Assembly (NCBI RefSeq): GCF_009914755.1
Contig: NC_060927.1
Source: the human T2T-CHM13v2.0 reference genome, Homo sapiens
DNA: 64,000 bases
Strand: one strand, 5' to 3'
Positions 42,546 to 64,000 of the stretch are shown piece by piece (position 1 is the stretch's first letter; the number at the start of each line of letters is the position of its first letter). Below the pieces are notes generated by a model. It saw only the letters and a list, made by a program, of their open reading frames with translations. It did not search any database and had not been told where the DNA came from. The translations under genes and the position numbers were made by a program.

Positions 42546-43964
42546 CTATATTTGGTTAGAGAGATCTTATTGGGTGAGAAGTTACGGTTTTGATCCTTGA
42601 CATTTAAACATTATGACTTTGTCCAGCATGGAGCAGAGAGGTAGTGAATAAGAGTGAGTCCTTCCTCTCTCACAACCACAGTGCCAGTTACCTGCCTGGA
42701 CACATTTTGTGCATCTGCAGGGTAGAATGAGTAACCCCAGGCAAGTCTCTTATCACCTAGAGCCTCAGCTTTCTCTTTTAATAATGGCAATAATTCATAC
42801 TTTACTTACATCGAGTGAGATAAGAGTACATGTACATTTTTAATTTTGGGTGCTAAATAAATGTTGGATCAGTTATACTGAATAAATTTTCCATCAACGT
42901 GTTCTTGCTGTGGGACATCCTTGACACTAATTTAAGTTTTCCAACAAATGCGACTTTCCAATATTTTAAGCATGACAGAATTTTGCTAGACAGCTGGCTG
43001 TCTTTCTCCTGTTCCTCTGGATGCCACTCAAATATCTTCACACCCATCTCACTCATTAACACTGCGTGAACTGTGAGCTCTCCACCCCTTGTCTGTCTGT
43101 AATCTGGGTTGTGACTACTTGTTTATCCAGTTTATCTTCTTTCTCATCATCCATCCTGGTTTCTGCATACTATAACAACATCGGTTGCATACTATTGACC
43201 TCTAACCCTGGATCCTGTTGGGATGAAAACATTATCCCAGTCCTGTTGAAAGTAGTGCAGTGGCCTTTTCTTCTTTCTTGGTTCTGCAATGTCTGCAGAG
43301 ATGTGCTCTTGGGGGGATGAAGTCATCTGGGTAGCTTTCCCCTCCCTGTGCCCAGGTTGCTAGCTGCTACAGTAATTGGCTTGGCAGTGCACTCCCTAAA
43401 AGGTTGTCCTTCAGCTGGTACTTCATTAAAGCTGCAAGGCCAACTCCCTTGGGAGTTCCCTTAGACAGCAGCTGTCATGCCTAATTAAGGAGAGACATGG
43501 GAAAGGTGTTTTGAAAGGAGACCTCTTATCTCGAAGAACAGTGGCCAGGCCTGAACATTGGAATGGGGAGATGAAGGCCAAAGTGGAGGGCATGGTAGCA
43601 GCAGCTCAGAAAACTTGGCAGAAAATGCTTTGCTGGCAGTCAAGGATAAGAGCATTGACTTTTTTAAAGGACACAGTATGTCCTTTTTAGCAAATCAAGT
43701 AACGAGTCCCATATATATTAAAAATTTTGTACACTTAGGTTGTTAGGTGTCCCATGGAGCATGCACACATGCAAGAACCAATTTTCATATCCTGCAAAAA
43801 TTACTGAAACAAGTAAGGAAAACTCAAGGGATTCTCATATATATCAATAGGGTATAACTTTAAAGAGTTAGGACCACTTAGGGATGCTGAGACTATTCTA
43901 TGCTTAAACTGTTAGGGTCCATAGTGAAGACCTGGGGCTTGGGGGTGGAGTCCCTTTATAGTCT

Positions 43965-45096
<1,132 letters not shown>

Positions 45097-45739
45097 TGGA
45101 GTGCTGCGGGGCTGACAAAACTTTTATGCTTCTCAGTGTTTCACCCCATGTTGTCTCCCTCTCTTCATTCCTCTTAGTTTTCAGGGAATTTTAATTTGTT
45201 TGGGAAGTCTCAGTCATTATGAACAAAAGAAATAAAAATATACTTTGTACTGGGATCCCAAGACTCAGTGGAGGAAGTAAAATCAGCCAGTTTTGAAAGA
45301 AAAGATCTTTATTCAGTTACATTTTTAAGCATCAGTGTTTATTGTATGGTAGAATTCATTAAGCACTCTATCACAAGTGGTTTCAACACGTGCGGTTAAT
45401 ATTCAAGATGTAACTTTTTTTTTTTATTGAGTAGGGGAAATATAAGACCTTATTATTACAGATCTCCCTGCCATGAGATTTGTGACTCACCCATTTATGA
45501 GCCCCCAGTGAACACAGCCATTATTCTCTGTCATGTTAAGACAAGAAGGGGCATAAATAAACTTTTTTTCTGGGCTGACTGAACTTAGTCTGTTGCAACA
45601 ATGAAGTTAAGATCTATATCTCTAAAACTCTGTGTTGTCTTCTCCAAGAATTTAAAGCTTGTTACTTGTTAGCATGCATCTCAGGGCAAGGCAGAGTTTT
45701 ATAAGCAAGCCCATAGGAAGAAAAGTTTTAGATCCTTGA

Positions 45740-46385
<646 letters not shown>

Positions 46386-47107
46386 GTCTGGTTTAATTTC
46401 AACACGTCTTTACCCACTGCGCTGTAGCCACATTGGCCTTTACTTTCTGTTGAGCAAGCCAGGCACTCTCTTGCCTTTGCGCTAGCTGTGTTTCCCGTAT
46501 ACTAGATACCTAATGACCAACTCCCACCTTTCTTCAAGTCTTTGCTCTAAGGTCATCTCAAAAAGTCCTAGTTAAAATTATACCTTTTATCCCACCCTCT
46601 GCTAAGTTCCCTGTACTCGTCCTTTTTTCTTTCTTTCCATAGCACCATCACATTCTCCAGTATATTGTATAATTTACTCATTTGTGTTAATCTTGTTTTC
46701 CCCATCCCCGGCTACCCCTAATGTAATCTCCAGGAGAGCAGAATCTTTGTTTCATAGTCAATAGTACCTGGCATGTAGTAGGCCTCAATAAATATTGTTG
46801 GAAGAATGAGTCAGTGTGCATAACTGCTTGGCTTGAAATGCTGTTCTCCAAACTCAAGGTGTTTTTGGTTATTACTGTTTTTTCCTTCTAGGTTTGGCCT
46901 GCCATATTTAATTGCTTTGTTGGGGCCATTTAGTCATTTTTCTTTCTCTAACTTAAGGTCCTTTGGGAAAGGGCTGTGGATCAGACCAACTATTCAGAAA
47001 AGCTGGAGGCTTAGGGAGTTCCTGGAAGTAGCTATGCGGCAACTAAGAGAGGTTGGTCCACAATAAGGGTGGTTTCCTCTGACTCTACAAAATCTTAGTG
47101 ATACTTT

Positions 47108-47990
<883 letters not shown>

Positions 47991-48214
47991 GTCTTCATTG
48001 TAAATTCTCATGACAATTTCCTTCAAGAACATGGCGTCTGAGATCTTTGCAACCTCTGAAGAGGTGGATGGCTCATTACAGAGAATTTCAAGGCCAGGTT
48101 CAGCCTGGCAACAGAGAACTCTGGGGGTAAGAGTTGGGCCTTCCTGATGCCTAGACAAAAGACGGTCACTTGAGCTACTCACTGGGGGATGTAGCTATAG
48201 GGATGCTGATGTAG

Positions 48215-49110
<896 letters not shown>

Positions 49111-49134
49111 CAAAAAGTTTGGATAACTGTATTA

Positions 49135-49375
49135 CAAAAGTAAAAATAAGTCAATATTAATAATATCTTTTCTTTAACCCATATATCCAAAATAATACAT
49201 TTAAACATATAATTTCAATATGTAATATAAACATTGTTAATGATGTATTTTATATTTTGCGCTAGTCTTCTAAATCTGTATATTTTGCAACTACAGTGCA
49301 CTTTGATTTGAACTAGCTGGATTTCTAGTGCTCAATAGCCACATGTGGCCAGAGGCTACCGTACTGGATAGTATA
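49135..49375 (+). mobile_element. MER33 fragment
   Basis: TTAACCCATATATCCAAAATA...GTGCTCAATAGCCACATGTGGCCAGAGGCTACCGTACTGGA. Confidence 0.78.
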
Positions 49376-50419
49376 TGTAGATGGCTCTACCCTAGAGTGA
49401 CTTCATCTGTGTTACATGCTATTCTAACAATGTATCTTCTGGTTTCCCAGCCACAGCTGACTTGAAGCAGTAAATAAATGGTGAGAGTGACAGAGTGCTA
49501 AGAATAGTAGAGAAGGGGCAGAAGAATTATTTTTATAAGTGGCTGAGGTCATTCATTGCAAGCACAAATGAAAGGTATGAACCTTTCATACGTTGAGACC
49601 TGCTGAAGCATACAGTGTGGTACCTGGTAGAATAATTGATAATTTTTCATGCTTGCCTTCCATTTCATAGGTCAGATCACTTAAAGAAGGCTACATCATA
49701 TTCACTCTTGGCTACAAACATAGGGAAGTGTGAAGAGTATGTGGACAAAGTTAAGGAAGCTTTCTATCAAGTGTTGCTAAAATAATGGTGTTCTAGTACA
49801 GGAAACCTGGGAAATGTACGTGTAAGTAGAAACCCAGGACTACATGATGAAGCCCTCTTCATTTCTAAAGCTGGGAGCTCACAGAAGTCTTGGAGGCGCC
49901 TGCAAGTGTGCCTTCAGCTGGGTGTGCCCCGTCTCATCTTCCTAAGATTGCTAACTTCTTCGGTTCTGTGGGTTTCCCTTCTGGTCCATGGGGCAGAGAT
50001 GCAGCTGGTGCCTTGGAACCTGCAAGGCTCAACCTTAGCCTAGACCTTAGCTGTGTTTGTGGGACATCAGGAGTCTGGCTTGTGGATTTGGAATGTCCAT
50101 CTTTTGAGATGGACTTTCTTGGAACTCACCACTTCATGGACACCCACTGGGGGCAATGGTAGCAAAGTGTGTGGGTCAGCTGCGTGAGCTGTAGCATGCA
50201 GATTCCAGCCAGCAGACAACAAAAGAAAACAAAAAGCAAAGCACTCAAATCAAATACCACCTTTGGGTTTTCTGTTTTTCTCTTGTGTATATGGCAGACG
50301 ACAAAGTCAGGGGTGAGGGGATAGCTGTCATATAATTAGTGTACATTGTTCTCATGTAAAACCATCAGTCCACGGCTGCCTGTTAAATAATTTTGTCTCT
50401 TTCTTTATTCCATTTTTAG

Positions 50420-50546
50420 GCCGAAGAGTCTTGTAAATGTAATGGCTGGAAAAACCCTAACCCCTCACCCACTCCCCCCAGAGCCGACCTGCAGCAAATA
50501 ATTGTCAGTCTAACAGAATCCTGTCGGAGTTGTAGCCATGCCCTAG
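50420..50546 (+). CDS. KAT2B: KAT2B coding exon 2 (127 nt), part of the PCAF_N domain
   Basis: Polypyrimidine tract plus TTTTAG|G acceptor; in frame with exon 1: AEESCKCNGWKNPNPSPTPPRADLQQIIVSLTESCRSCSHAL; donor TAG|GTGAGT. Cys/His pattern (C100, C106, C108, C136, C139, H141) fits the Zn-binding PCAF_N region. Confidence 0.97.
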
Positions 50547-53075
50547 GTGAGTTCCTAAATCTTCAAGGAAAGTATAACGAGTTAATTGTAGCGTGAGACT
50601 CTTAACTTACTGAATTCTGTGGGTTCACCAAATTTGAACGCTATGTACCTCTGTATGAGAGCAACAACAAGAGCCTCTCTAGTCTCACGAGTTTGCTGGG
50701 AAGGGCTTCTCGTGAGAGACAAATGCTGCACTGTGTGCAGTGACTTTGTCCCTTCTTCCTTTCAAGAGCTGAGTTGGACTGGGGGATTGCCAAATAAGAT
50801 GAAACATGACAATCGAGCTAGTTAGCATGAATAATGTGTAACATGTCCTGATTCATTTTGGGGGTTGGGGCCTGAGGGTCTTTGACCTCAGGGTTGAAAC
50901 CTCAACTAACTGGTTTAATGATAATAATGATCATTTTTATTATTTCTGTTGCCCTGAACTTTCTGGGGTGCTTCATTTTATCTTCATATTCCTTAGTTTT
51001 GTGTATCTGATAGCTCTTTCTTCACTGGGCTGCTCTTTATTGTGTTTATTGAATGTTTACTGCTGGTTTCCCTTTCAACTTTCTTATCTGACCCTGCAAA
51101 ATAATCATTGTCAGTGATGGCTCAGTAGGCCCTGCTGCAGTCACTCAAAAGGCCTGTGCTAGTATGTTGTTCTTTGTCCTAATACTAGTTTTATGATTAA
51201 AATATTTAAAAAAATCATATGTTGTTTGAGTAGATAAAAGTTGAGGAATTAGTTTTTCCTAGATACTAAAATTTCAGTCCACGAAGAATCTTAGACTATT
51301 CTTACTTTCCTGCCTTCAGTTATACAGTCTCCCCCAAAATGTCAACAAGGCCAGTTTGCTGTCCGTGACTGCAAGGACATAGCACTCACTGGGCAGAACG
51401 TTCTTGCTAAGGTACTTGCTCTTTCCACCTGACCATTATAAGTGGGTGACTTCTTATGCCATCATTTCTCTAGAGCTTCCTGCTTACAAGAAATGGTGTC
51501 GCCTCCAAGGTTAGCATGGTGTTAGGTCGTCTGAAATTTTATTTTGTACTCAGAGAGTATTTCAATATTTACAGAGCATACAAGTAGATAATGTGATCCT
51601 CCCAAGAAGTCATCACATTGGAATAACCTTCTGAAAATAGAAATAGTCCTGATCTCACAAAAGCAACACACTAATAATTTCATCATTTTGTTGACTTAAT
51701 TGGTATCTCAAACAATGTGAGCTCTGAGTTTTGAAGCACTCAATACAGAGCAAAAATTTCAAAAGTTAGAGAACTGTCCTTGATTATAATTTACCTTTTT
51801 TAAAAAACAAAAAATAAAATAAAACAGAACGAAACAAAACAACCACTAACTCTGAATGGAGTGAATGGAGTTTAGGATTGCCTCAGGAAATGTGACGTAA
51901 TAAATGTCTGGACTCAAGAAATCCTTAAGCCCTAGGCTTGAAGTGTATTTGTTATTGATTGGGAAATCCTATTATCCTACATCAATTAACATTTAAAACA
52001 GGATCTTCTTTCTTTCTTAGCCGAGCAGATTGTCTCCATTCTAAGCACGTAAACACACATGAATGCCTGAAGGCAGAGACAGTGCTTCACAAAAAAAGCC
52101 AACTTTGTTTCCTTTTTTATTTCTTACCAAGCTTTGAAAACAAATGCCCTCATTCTGCAATACATAATCAAGAATGAAGAATGAAAAAAAAAATCACATA
52201 TCCTTTGACCTGGCAAATCCATGCCAGAAATTTAATCTGTGTGTAAATTAAGATGTGCCCTCAAATTAAACTAAAAGGACGGTGACAGTGTTTTCTGGCC
52301 TTACTTACGATAGTAAAAAGCATGAAACAACCTAAATATTCCAATGTAGGAGATGATTGTGAAGAAATCAGGTAATAAAGCAGCTTGATAGGAGGTTTTA
52401 TAATTTAGGACTAAATTATTGGATCTATCAGCCTGAGTTCAAATCCTAACTCTATAACCAGTAGCTGTGAGTATGAGCACATTACTTAATCTGCCTGGAC
52501 CTCAGTTTTTTCAACTCTGAAATGGGTTAATACATAGTAGTATTTACCTTGCAGGATCATTGTGAGGATTAAATGAGATAAGAAAAAATCTTAGAATAGT
52601 ACCTGGCATGTAAATACATGATTATTGGCTGATGTTGTTCGTAGTAGTGGTACTATAACACTATCAGGGTTCTTTCACTTCACACAGCAGATATATACTC
52701 TGTCTAGCTTAAATAAGAAAACAATGCATATAAGAAGGGTACTAGTAGCTTCTAGAAGCTGAAAACAATGGGAAAACAGGTTTTGATCTTGTTTGGGGAT
52801 CTCAGCTGCAGAAGTTCACAGAGCTTCTGTTCAGTCTGCTGCCACTGAATCATTTAGGATTCAGCTCCAACTGCCTCTGTCCCTGTGAGTATTGGTTCAG
52901 GATTTAAATACCCTGTGGAGGAGCTTGTGCCTGTTATGTGTTTAACTCTGAAGTTTACCCCAAGGGAACTAAGAAGTTGGTCCTTTCCCAAATACAGGAT
53001 GCTGACTCAGAAACAGCATTGATGTTTCATGAGTATAATCCCATTTTATTACTTTAGAAAATATAATACCATAAG

Positions 53076-54318
<1,243 letters not shown>

Positions 54319-55549
54319 AACATATATTTTAATATATATGATCAGGAAAAGGTCTGGAAGGATGTATATTGAGTTGCTGACTGATTTTCTCAGGGTACGG
54401 GGGGTATAGGTATTTAAAAAATATTTCCCCCTACTCCTTCCTTTCTTCCTTGTTTCTTCTCTATTCTTTAGTCTGCTTTCTTAAAACTGAAATTACTGCA
54501 CATTTTCAAGTGGTCTTGGAATTATTGTTGGAATGCCAGTGTTTATTTATTGGTCTTAGTATAACAGCTCTAGAAAACCTTTTTCTGAGATTACTCTTCC
54601 TTCCTCCCTCCTTTCCGTGCTTTTTGAAAAACTTTTTTTCTTAATGGAAAGTTTCAAACACCCGTAAAGGCAGAAGGGATAGTTGAATGAACTGCCTTGG
54701 ACTCAGCACCCAGCTCTAATGATTATTTACATTTGCCAATTTTGTTGTATCTAACCCCCTGCTTTTATTTGCCAGAGTATTTTAGCAAGTTTCCTACATT
54801 TTTTCTTATCTTATTCATGCAGATATCTTCTTAATTGTTACCGACAAAGTACAAGTTGGGGTCTAGGGAATTCTGTTAGGAATTACGCAAGCCTGAATTC
54901 TCAAATACATTTCAGTTGGTATACATTGTTGTTCTGTTTTCACATACAGTAGTCACCATTCTGAGCATGGTTGATTTACTCACCAGTAATTGTACACACG
55001 AAATGAAATATTCTTGAATTTGTCAGAACAAAACATACTGGCTTATTGATTGAGATAGTATCAATTCTATTGATTAAATGTTGGGTTTCTTTTGCCTCAG
55101 CCATATATGTTCTTTGGAGCTCTGGTTTTGTGTAGTCTCCTGACAATTTCTTTCATCCCAGACATCTTTGGTCTACCATAATTTAATACTGTTCTGTGTT
55201 TCATGGACATAAAACACAGGAGTGAGATAGTCTGATCAAGTAGAAAGAACATTCAGTTGGGAACTAGGAAGTAATAATTCTAGCCTGTCTGGGTATGGTG
55301 GTTTGTGCCTGTAATGGCAGCTACTCAGGTCGCTGAGATGGGAGGATCCTTTGAGCCCAGGAGTTTGAGGCCAAAGTGAGCTGTGATGGGGCCACTGTGT
55401 GTGTAGCCTGGGAGACAGAGCAAAACCCCACCTCTAACAAAACAAAACCAAGAAAAGAATTCTAGCTTGGCCCTGCAGTTTACCAAGTTCCTTAACCTTT
55501 TTGCTGTTTAGTATCTCCATCCACAGAATGAAATGGTTGGTCTAGACCT

Positions 55550-55805
55550 ATGCTGTACAATACGGTAGCCACTGGCCACATGAAATGTGTTTACTCTGAA
55601 TTGAGATATACTGTAAGTGTAAAATACACACAGTTTTTGAAGACATCATAAGCAAAAACAATGCAGAATGTCTCAGTAATTATATTTTATATTGATTATA
55701 TGTTGAAATGATAATATTTTGAATATGTTGGGTTAATGTATTATTAAAATTATTTCTACTGGAAAATTTAAAAATCACATTGTATTTCTATTGAATTGTG
55801 CTGGT
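55550..55805 (-). mobile_element. MER33
   Basis: GCTGTACAATACGGTAGCCACTGGCCACATG...CTACTGGAAAATTTAAAA. Confidence 0.78.
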
Positions 55806-55984
55806 TTAGAATATTCTAGTTCATTCTCTGAAATTATATTTGGGATTGGCACAATAATATTCAGTTTACAAAAATTTGACAAAGGGATCTAACAGAGTGC
55901 TTTAGTTGGTCCCAGCATTTCTCCTTATTTTAGTATTAATAAAGATTTTTCTTATTTTGGGACTGCTATTTAAAAAGCAGCTTG

Positions 55985-57614
<1,630 letters not shown>

Positions 57615-58762
57615 TAAGGAAGGTCAAGAGTTAGCTTTAACAATCACACTAGAGCTTACTTCTTGAGTATTATGAAGAAAATACCAGTATTTTTCTCATG
57701 GATATTTCAAGTATTTAAATCATTTAGGCAGATCATTTGACTCAACACATTTTCTTTGATCATACGACATTTGCATAGACTTGTACCATATAATTGCCCC
57801 CTCAGTTCCCATTTATACATGTACTGTGCAGATGCCAAAGGACGTAAACATGGGGCCCAGCTAGCACAATGACACAGCCTCCTGAATTGAGCCAGCATAT
57901 TCCTCTTGGCTGGATGTCCACTGCTGGCTAATGCAGCCTTTCAGATGCCGGTTTCAGAGTTTTCAGGAGCTGTGGGTCGGGCACAGCAGGAGTTAAGGGG
58001 ATAATACTGGTAATATTTTCTCTGCTCATTTGGTATAAGTTATGTCTCCCTGACGTCCTCTGGTCATGAAATCCTGTTTGATACTCCCTTCAAGTTCCTG
58101 CCTCTAGCACTGGCTGAATTTAGGCTTTTCCTCATTATTCCTTGCCTGTGTCTGCTGCAGCTTCTGGAGTTCTTATTTCCATTCCTGCATACCTGGCTTT
58201 CCCATAAAGTGATGATACAATGTGATCCCATTCTCCTGCTTAACCCCTCTGAGCTTCTCATTATCCTCAGAGTGAAGGGTGATCTGTAGTTGAGCAAGCA
58301 GGTTCAGTTCATTGAGGCCTCTTTATTTTCAAAGCTTTTCTCCAATTATCTTCATTGCATTTTGGCCATCAGGCTGCTCCATGTTCTCCAAAGGTTCTTT
58401 GAACTTTCTCCCACCTCTGCCTTAGATCTGGAAGCTCACACCACCTTCAATGCCTTTCCTTCATTTTCTGCCAGGGAATTCTGCTTATCCTCCAAGGCTT
58501 GACTGCAGAACTCTGTAGAGAGAATAAAGGCCTTCTTAGAGCTCTGTGGCAATGTTCCTTCTTATATAACTATAATTATATACCAATCTGTACTGAACTG
58601 TGATTAAGAGTTGACTTTTTCTCTAGTTTGTAATATATTTAGTTCGTTGTGCATAATTGTGCTTATTCTTTTGTTGGTAAATAGTCATTGAATTCAATAA
58701 TGGTAAAATGAGGGCTGGTTGCATATATTTGCAGAGGAGCTTTCAAAGTTTATAATCTATAC

Positions 58763-59070
58763 CTGCTGTGTCCAACACAGTAGCCACTAGCCATGTGTGG
58801 CTATTGAACACTTGCAATTTCACTAGTTTGAATTGTGCTGTAAGCGTGAAATGCACACAGGTTTTGAAGACTTAGTACAAGAAGAGGAATGTAAATAGTA
58901 ACTTTTAATATTGCATACGTATTGAAAGAATAATACTTTGGTATATATTAGGTTAAATAAAATATATTATTTAATGAATTTCACCTGCTTCTTTTGTCTT
59001 TTTAAACACAGCTACTGGAATACTTAAATTTACATATGTGGCTTGCATTATATTTCTACTGGACTGCTCT
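58763..59070 (-). mobile_element. MER33
   Basis: GTCCAACACAGTAGCCACTAGCCATGTGTGGCTATTGAACACTTG...ACATATGTGGCTTGCATTATATTTCTACTGGAC. Confidence 0.82.
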
Positions 59071-59844
59071 CATCTAATGGGCTCTTACTCTTAGGCTTCT
59101 CTTTTTTTTCATTCCAGATCTGAGATTACAGAAAATGAAACCACTTTTAAATGATAAGCCTTTTGCACATTAGTCAATTTGACAGATTTCATTGTAGTCA
59201 TTAATTTTACCTCTTCTAGCCTCGATGCCAAATTCCCATGAACAAAAAATGTATTTGAGCAGCCTTCAAATCCTATTGTGTTATTTGCTTCTGGTCCAGA
59301 GGAGCAGGGACATGTTAGCTGCCTGCCCAGCTGCTGCCTGTTCACACTGCAGGGCATGTGAGGACTGGCTGACTGTCTTCACGAGAAGTGCAGGCCAATG
59401 ATACACGGAGCCAGAGGTTAGTGAGGGTCACGGCACACAGTGACAGTGTGCTTCCTGTTCTCAGCAAGGTTGACAGCTGCACCGTGATTCTTGGCAGCAG
59501 TCACACGGCGGGTCACTCTCTGGCACCCTGGGTGTTTGCAAGTCTGACACAGCACTGAGAGGTGCCAAGGTATACCCTTCTGGAGTGATCTAAAGAAGGC
59601 AAAGCCTCCCCTCGTCCCCTCACTTGCACCTTCTGTCTGCTTTCTTGTGCCCTTCACACAAAGTGGACACTGGGGGAACTGTGGCCCACCAAAAGGAATA
59701 AACTTTGCCACAGCTCAAGGGTTGGTCAATCTTGGGTAATTAGTGTATATCAATGCTTTGTATCAGGCTCTTGGAAGACTATTTAAAGTAAAAGCAGGAT
59801 TCTTTAATGATCAAATTCAGGTGGAGGAAAGATTGTAAAAACAC

Positions 59845-60690
<846 letters not shown>

Positions 60691-63159
60691 GGAGGAATGT
60701 TTTAAATTTTAAAAACAAACTCTTTAAAGAGCTAGGAAAAATACATTTTTTGTTATTTTTTGTTTATGTAGGAAAAACCTTTGCAAGCAAAACCTTAAAG
60801 AACTGCCAACGTAGATATGGCTTTCTAAAAAGATTAACATTTTTCTACAACCAAACCAAATAAACCAAAAATCCCTCCCCACCAAATACGTAAGCATTTG
60901 CAATGAGTATGGCAGACTAAAGGTAGTACATAAGGTTTATTCAAGGTGGTAAGAAAAAGACTAACATCTTAAAAACCAAGCAAAGGAACTCAAATTGGCA
61001 GGTACACAGGAGATCAAATACAAACAGCCAGTAGTATGAAAAACAAACAACTCCCTGGGCCTTCCGTTGAATGCAGATCAAAACAGTAGGGGGTGCTTAT
61101 TAATTTTCAAAAGATTGGTTAAATTACCGAGGATGGTTCTCCACTGTAGGCAGAGCACAGGAAAAAGGAATAGTCTCTCACTACTGATACAGTGTACATT
61201 GATGCACATCTTGATGAGGGAGGTTAAATTAGGGAGCGATACATCAAAGTTTTACATAGCAGCGACTTCATATCTTGAGTTTTGTGGCAGGTTGACTGCT
61301 ATAGATTTGTGCATTGTAGTTTATAGATTTTTATTTTATTTTTTAGTTTTTAATAATATGCTCCTAGACTCATAAATAATAGAGGCCTATCTCTTTAAGA
61401 AAACATACTTTTAGATAATTGAAGGGAGCCTATTTGCATCAAAAAGTCTTCTTAATAAAAGGTTAAGAGAAGGGTTTCTTTTAATAATGAATGACTCTTT
61501 TTGGTTTAATATGAATTGATTGTCAGTATAGTAAATAGTTTAGCTTTGCAGTTAGAGTGAGGTTCACCTGGGTGTTGACATGGGTTGGGATTAATTAGGA
61601 GACTGGTAAATCTAGAGATAAGTTAAACAAGTCTAATTCTGGTCAGCATCCCCAAAGAGCCAGGAGTAGTCTCTGGATCTGGTAGAGATGGGGTTGTTTA
61701 AGGAAAGTGGTATTTTAGGAAGACTACCCTGGCAGCAGAGAGAACAGTCTAGGGGGCTATTTTATTATAGTAGGTTTGACATTCCAATGGAAGAAAGGTA
61801 GGATGGGGAAATGCAGTGTCTCTGAGAGAGAATGAGGAAGCTCAGTGGAGTCTGGTGGCTGGTAATGTGTGGAAGGTAAAGGACACTAAAGGAATGAATG
61901 ATGGGCTTGTTGGCAGAAACAGGGCCAGCAAGAGGTAGCTGCCATTTTGAGGAGGGCCATGAGGAGTTCAGTCTTTGAGTCATTTTCCGTGATGGTGGTG
62001 CACCTATTTTGTTGGGATAGGGAGGATGGAAGGTGGGGTTCGGGGAAGATTGGAGCTGGAGAAGAGGTTAGCTGGTGATGTGTATTTGTTGAGAACAGAA
62101 AGTTCAGCGCTACTTCCTCAGAGATTGAGTTAGGTGAGAGCTGAAAAGGATTTTTGGTCAAAAGGGATCTGTAGTTGGCCTCCTTGGAGAGGGGCTACAT
62201 TGGAGGGTCTGAGAAGTTGGCACATTTAGACAACTACGTATTTATATAGTGTAGTCATAGCTGTTCTTGTCTGGCTTTCTTATTACAGGGAAGCTTCTCT
62301 TTGATAACAACTTGTCTGGACCTTTTTCCACCCTTCTCCAGCAGACTGTCCACTCCATCTACTTTCATTTGATCTTCCTCCACCTCATTGTTTATTCTAG
62401 GAAGCTTAACCTTTCTCATACAATATTCTCCTGCTTCAGTGCTCCCCCTACCACTCCAGACCTGCGTTTATTTCATTCTCAGAATAAGAGCTATCCTCTT
62501 CTGCTATGAAAGTTACTCACCCTTTGTACAGGGGAGCCTCTTTCTTCTCTTCTGGGAAACTGTTGCTGCTTTATTTACATTTTCCCCCATCTCCATCTCC
62601 CTATTCCTTTCTACTTTGGGTTTCATACAGAGCTCTGAGGAGAGATCACATATTGCATTATGGTAATAAATAAATAAATAATTAATAAATGCAAAAAAAA
62701 ATCACAAAACCACAAGCACATTTCATTATGGGCAGAGTCAGAGGGAAATGAGCCTCCTCAGGTTTCACTTAAGCATTTTAATTTTTATCAGGCTACTCTT
62801 CAAAATATGCAAAAAGTTGGTTCTAAACAGTGGTTTTAAAGCTGCAGAATCCCAACAAGGGAATGGGATGGGTTCTTGAGCCTTCTAAAAATAGAAGCTT
62901 TCACCTCTATTTCATCCAGAGCAACTCCTTCTAATTCTGATTAGTAATTAATTTTGGTAAAGTGTTTTGGGGCTTTGAAAAAGTAAGCTACTATTTCAAA
63001 AGTAAATCATGGCATGTACTTCCATGAGTTAAACCTACTATATGTAGCACCTTAATTAGATGGTTTCATATTATGGAGCATCTGAAGGAATTTACTTGAT
63101 ATTGTATACTGATTGCTTTCATAGCTTATCACAAAAAGAGATTAAAAGTTTGTAAGACA

Positions 63160-63902
<743 letters not shown>

Positions 63903-64000
63903 TACATGTAATTTTTCTATGATGTAAGTTATTTATATACTTAGAAACAATTTAATTGATTATTCTTTTTCTATTTGATAATGTAATAATACAGTGTTGA

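Overview
Human (primate) genomic DNA containing the 5' part of KAT2B (PCAF, lysine acetyltransferase 2B) on the + strand. It has a CpG-island promoter (~17.8-19.8 kb), coding exon 1 (ATG 18545 to donor after 18847), a 31.6-kb intron 1, exon 2 (50420-50546) and the start of intron 2. No further exon was recognised. The rest is repeat-dense: roughly 50 Alu elements or monomers, old L1/L2/MIR fragments, MaLR/ERV LTRs and hAT MER elements. Almost all long ORFs in the supplied track are Alu-, L1- or GC-bias artefacts. I see no evidence of a new gene-level system. The best candidates for undescribed biology are cis-regulatory. (i) Upstream of the KAT2B ATG there is a stack of elements: an Arg-rich upstream ORF overlapping a p53 half-site, a perfect 20-bp GC stem with the uORF stop in its loop, a multi-tract G-quadruplex and a second hairpin. 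(ii) A dense TGACAG (TALE homeodomain-type) motif cluster lies at the start of intron 1. (iii) An Alu tail has expanded into a ~790-bp AT-rich tract. Repeat family names come from memory of consensus sequences, and repeat boundaries are approximate.
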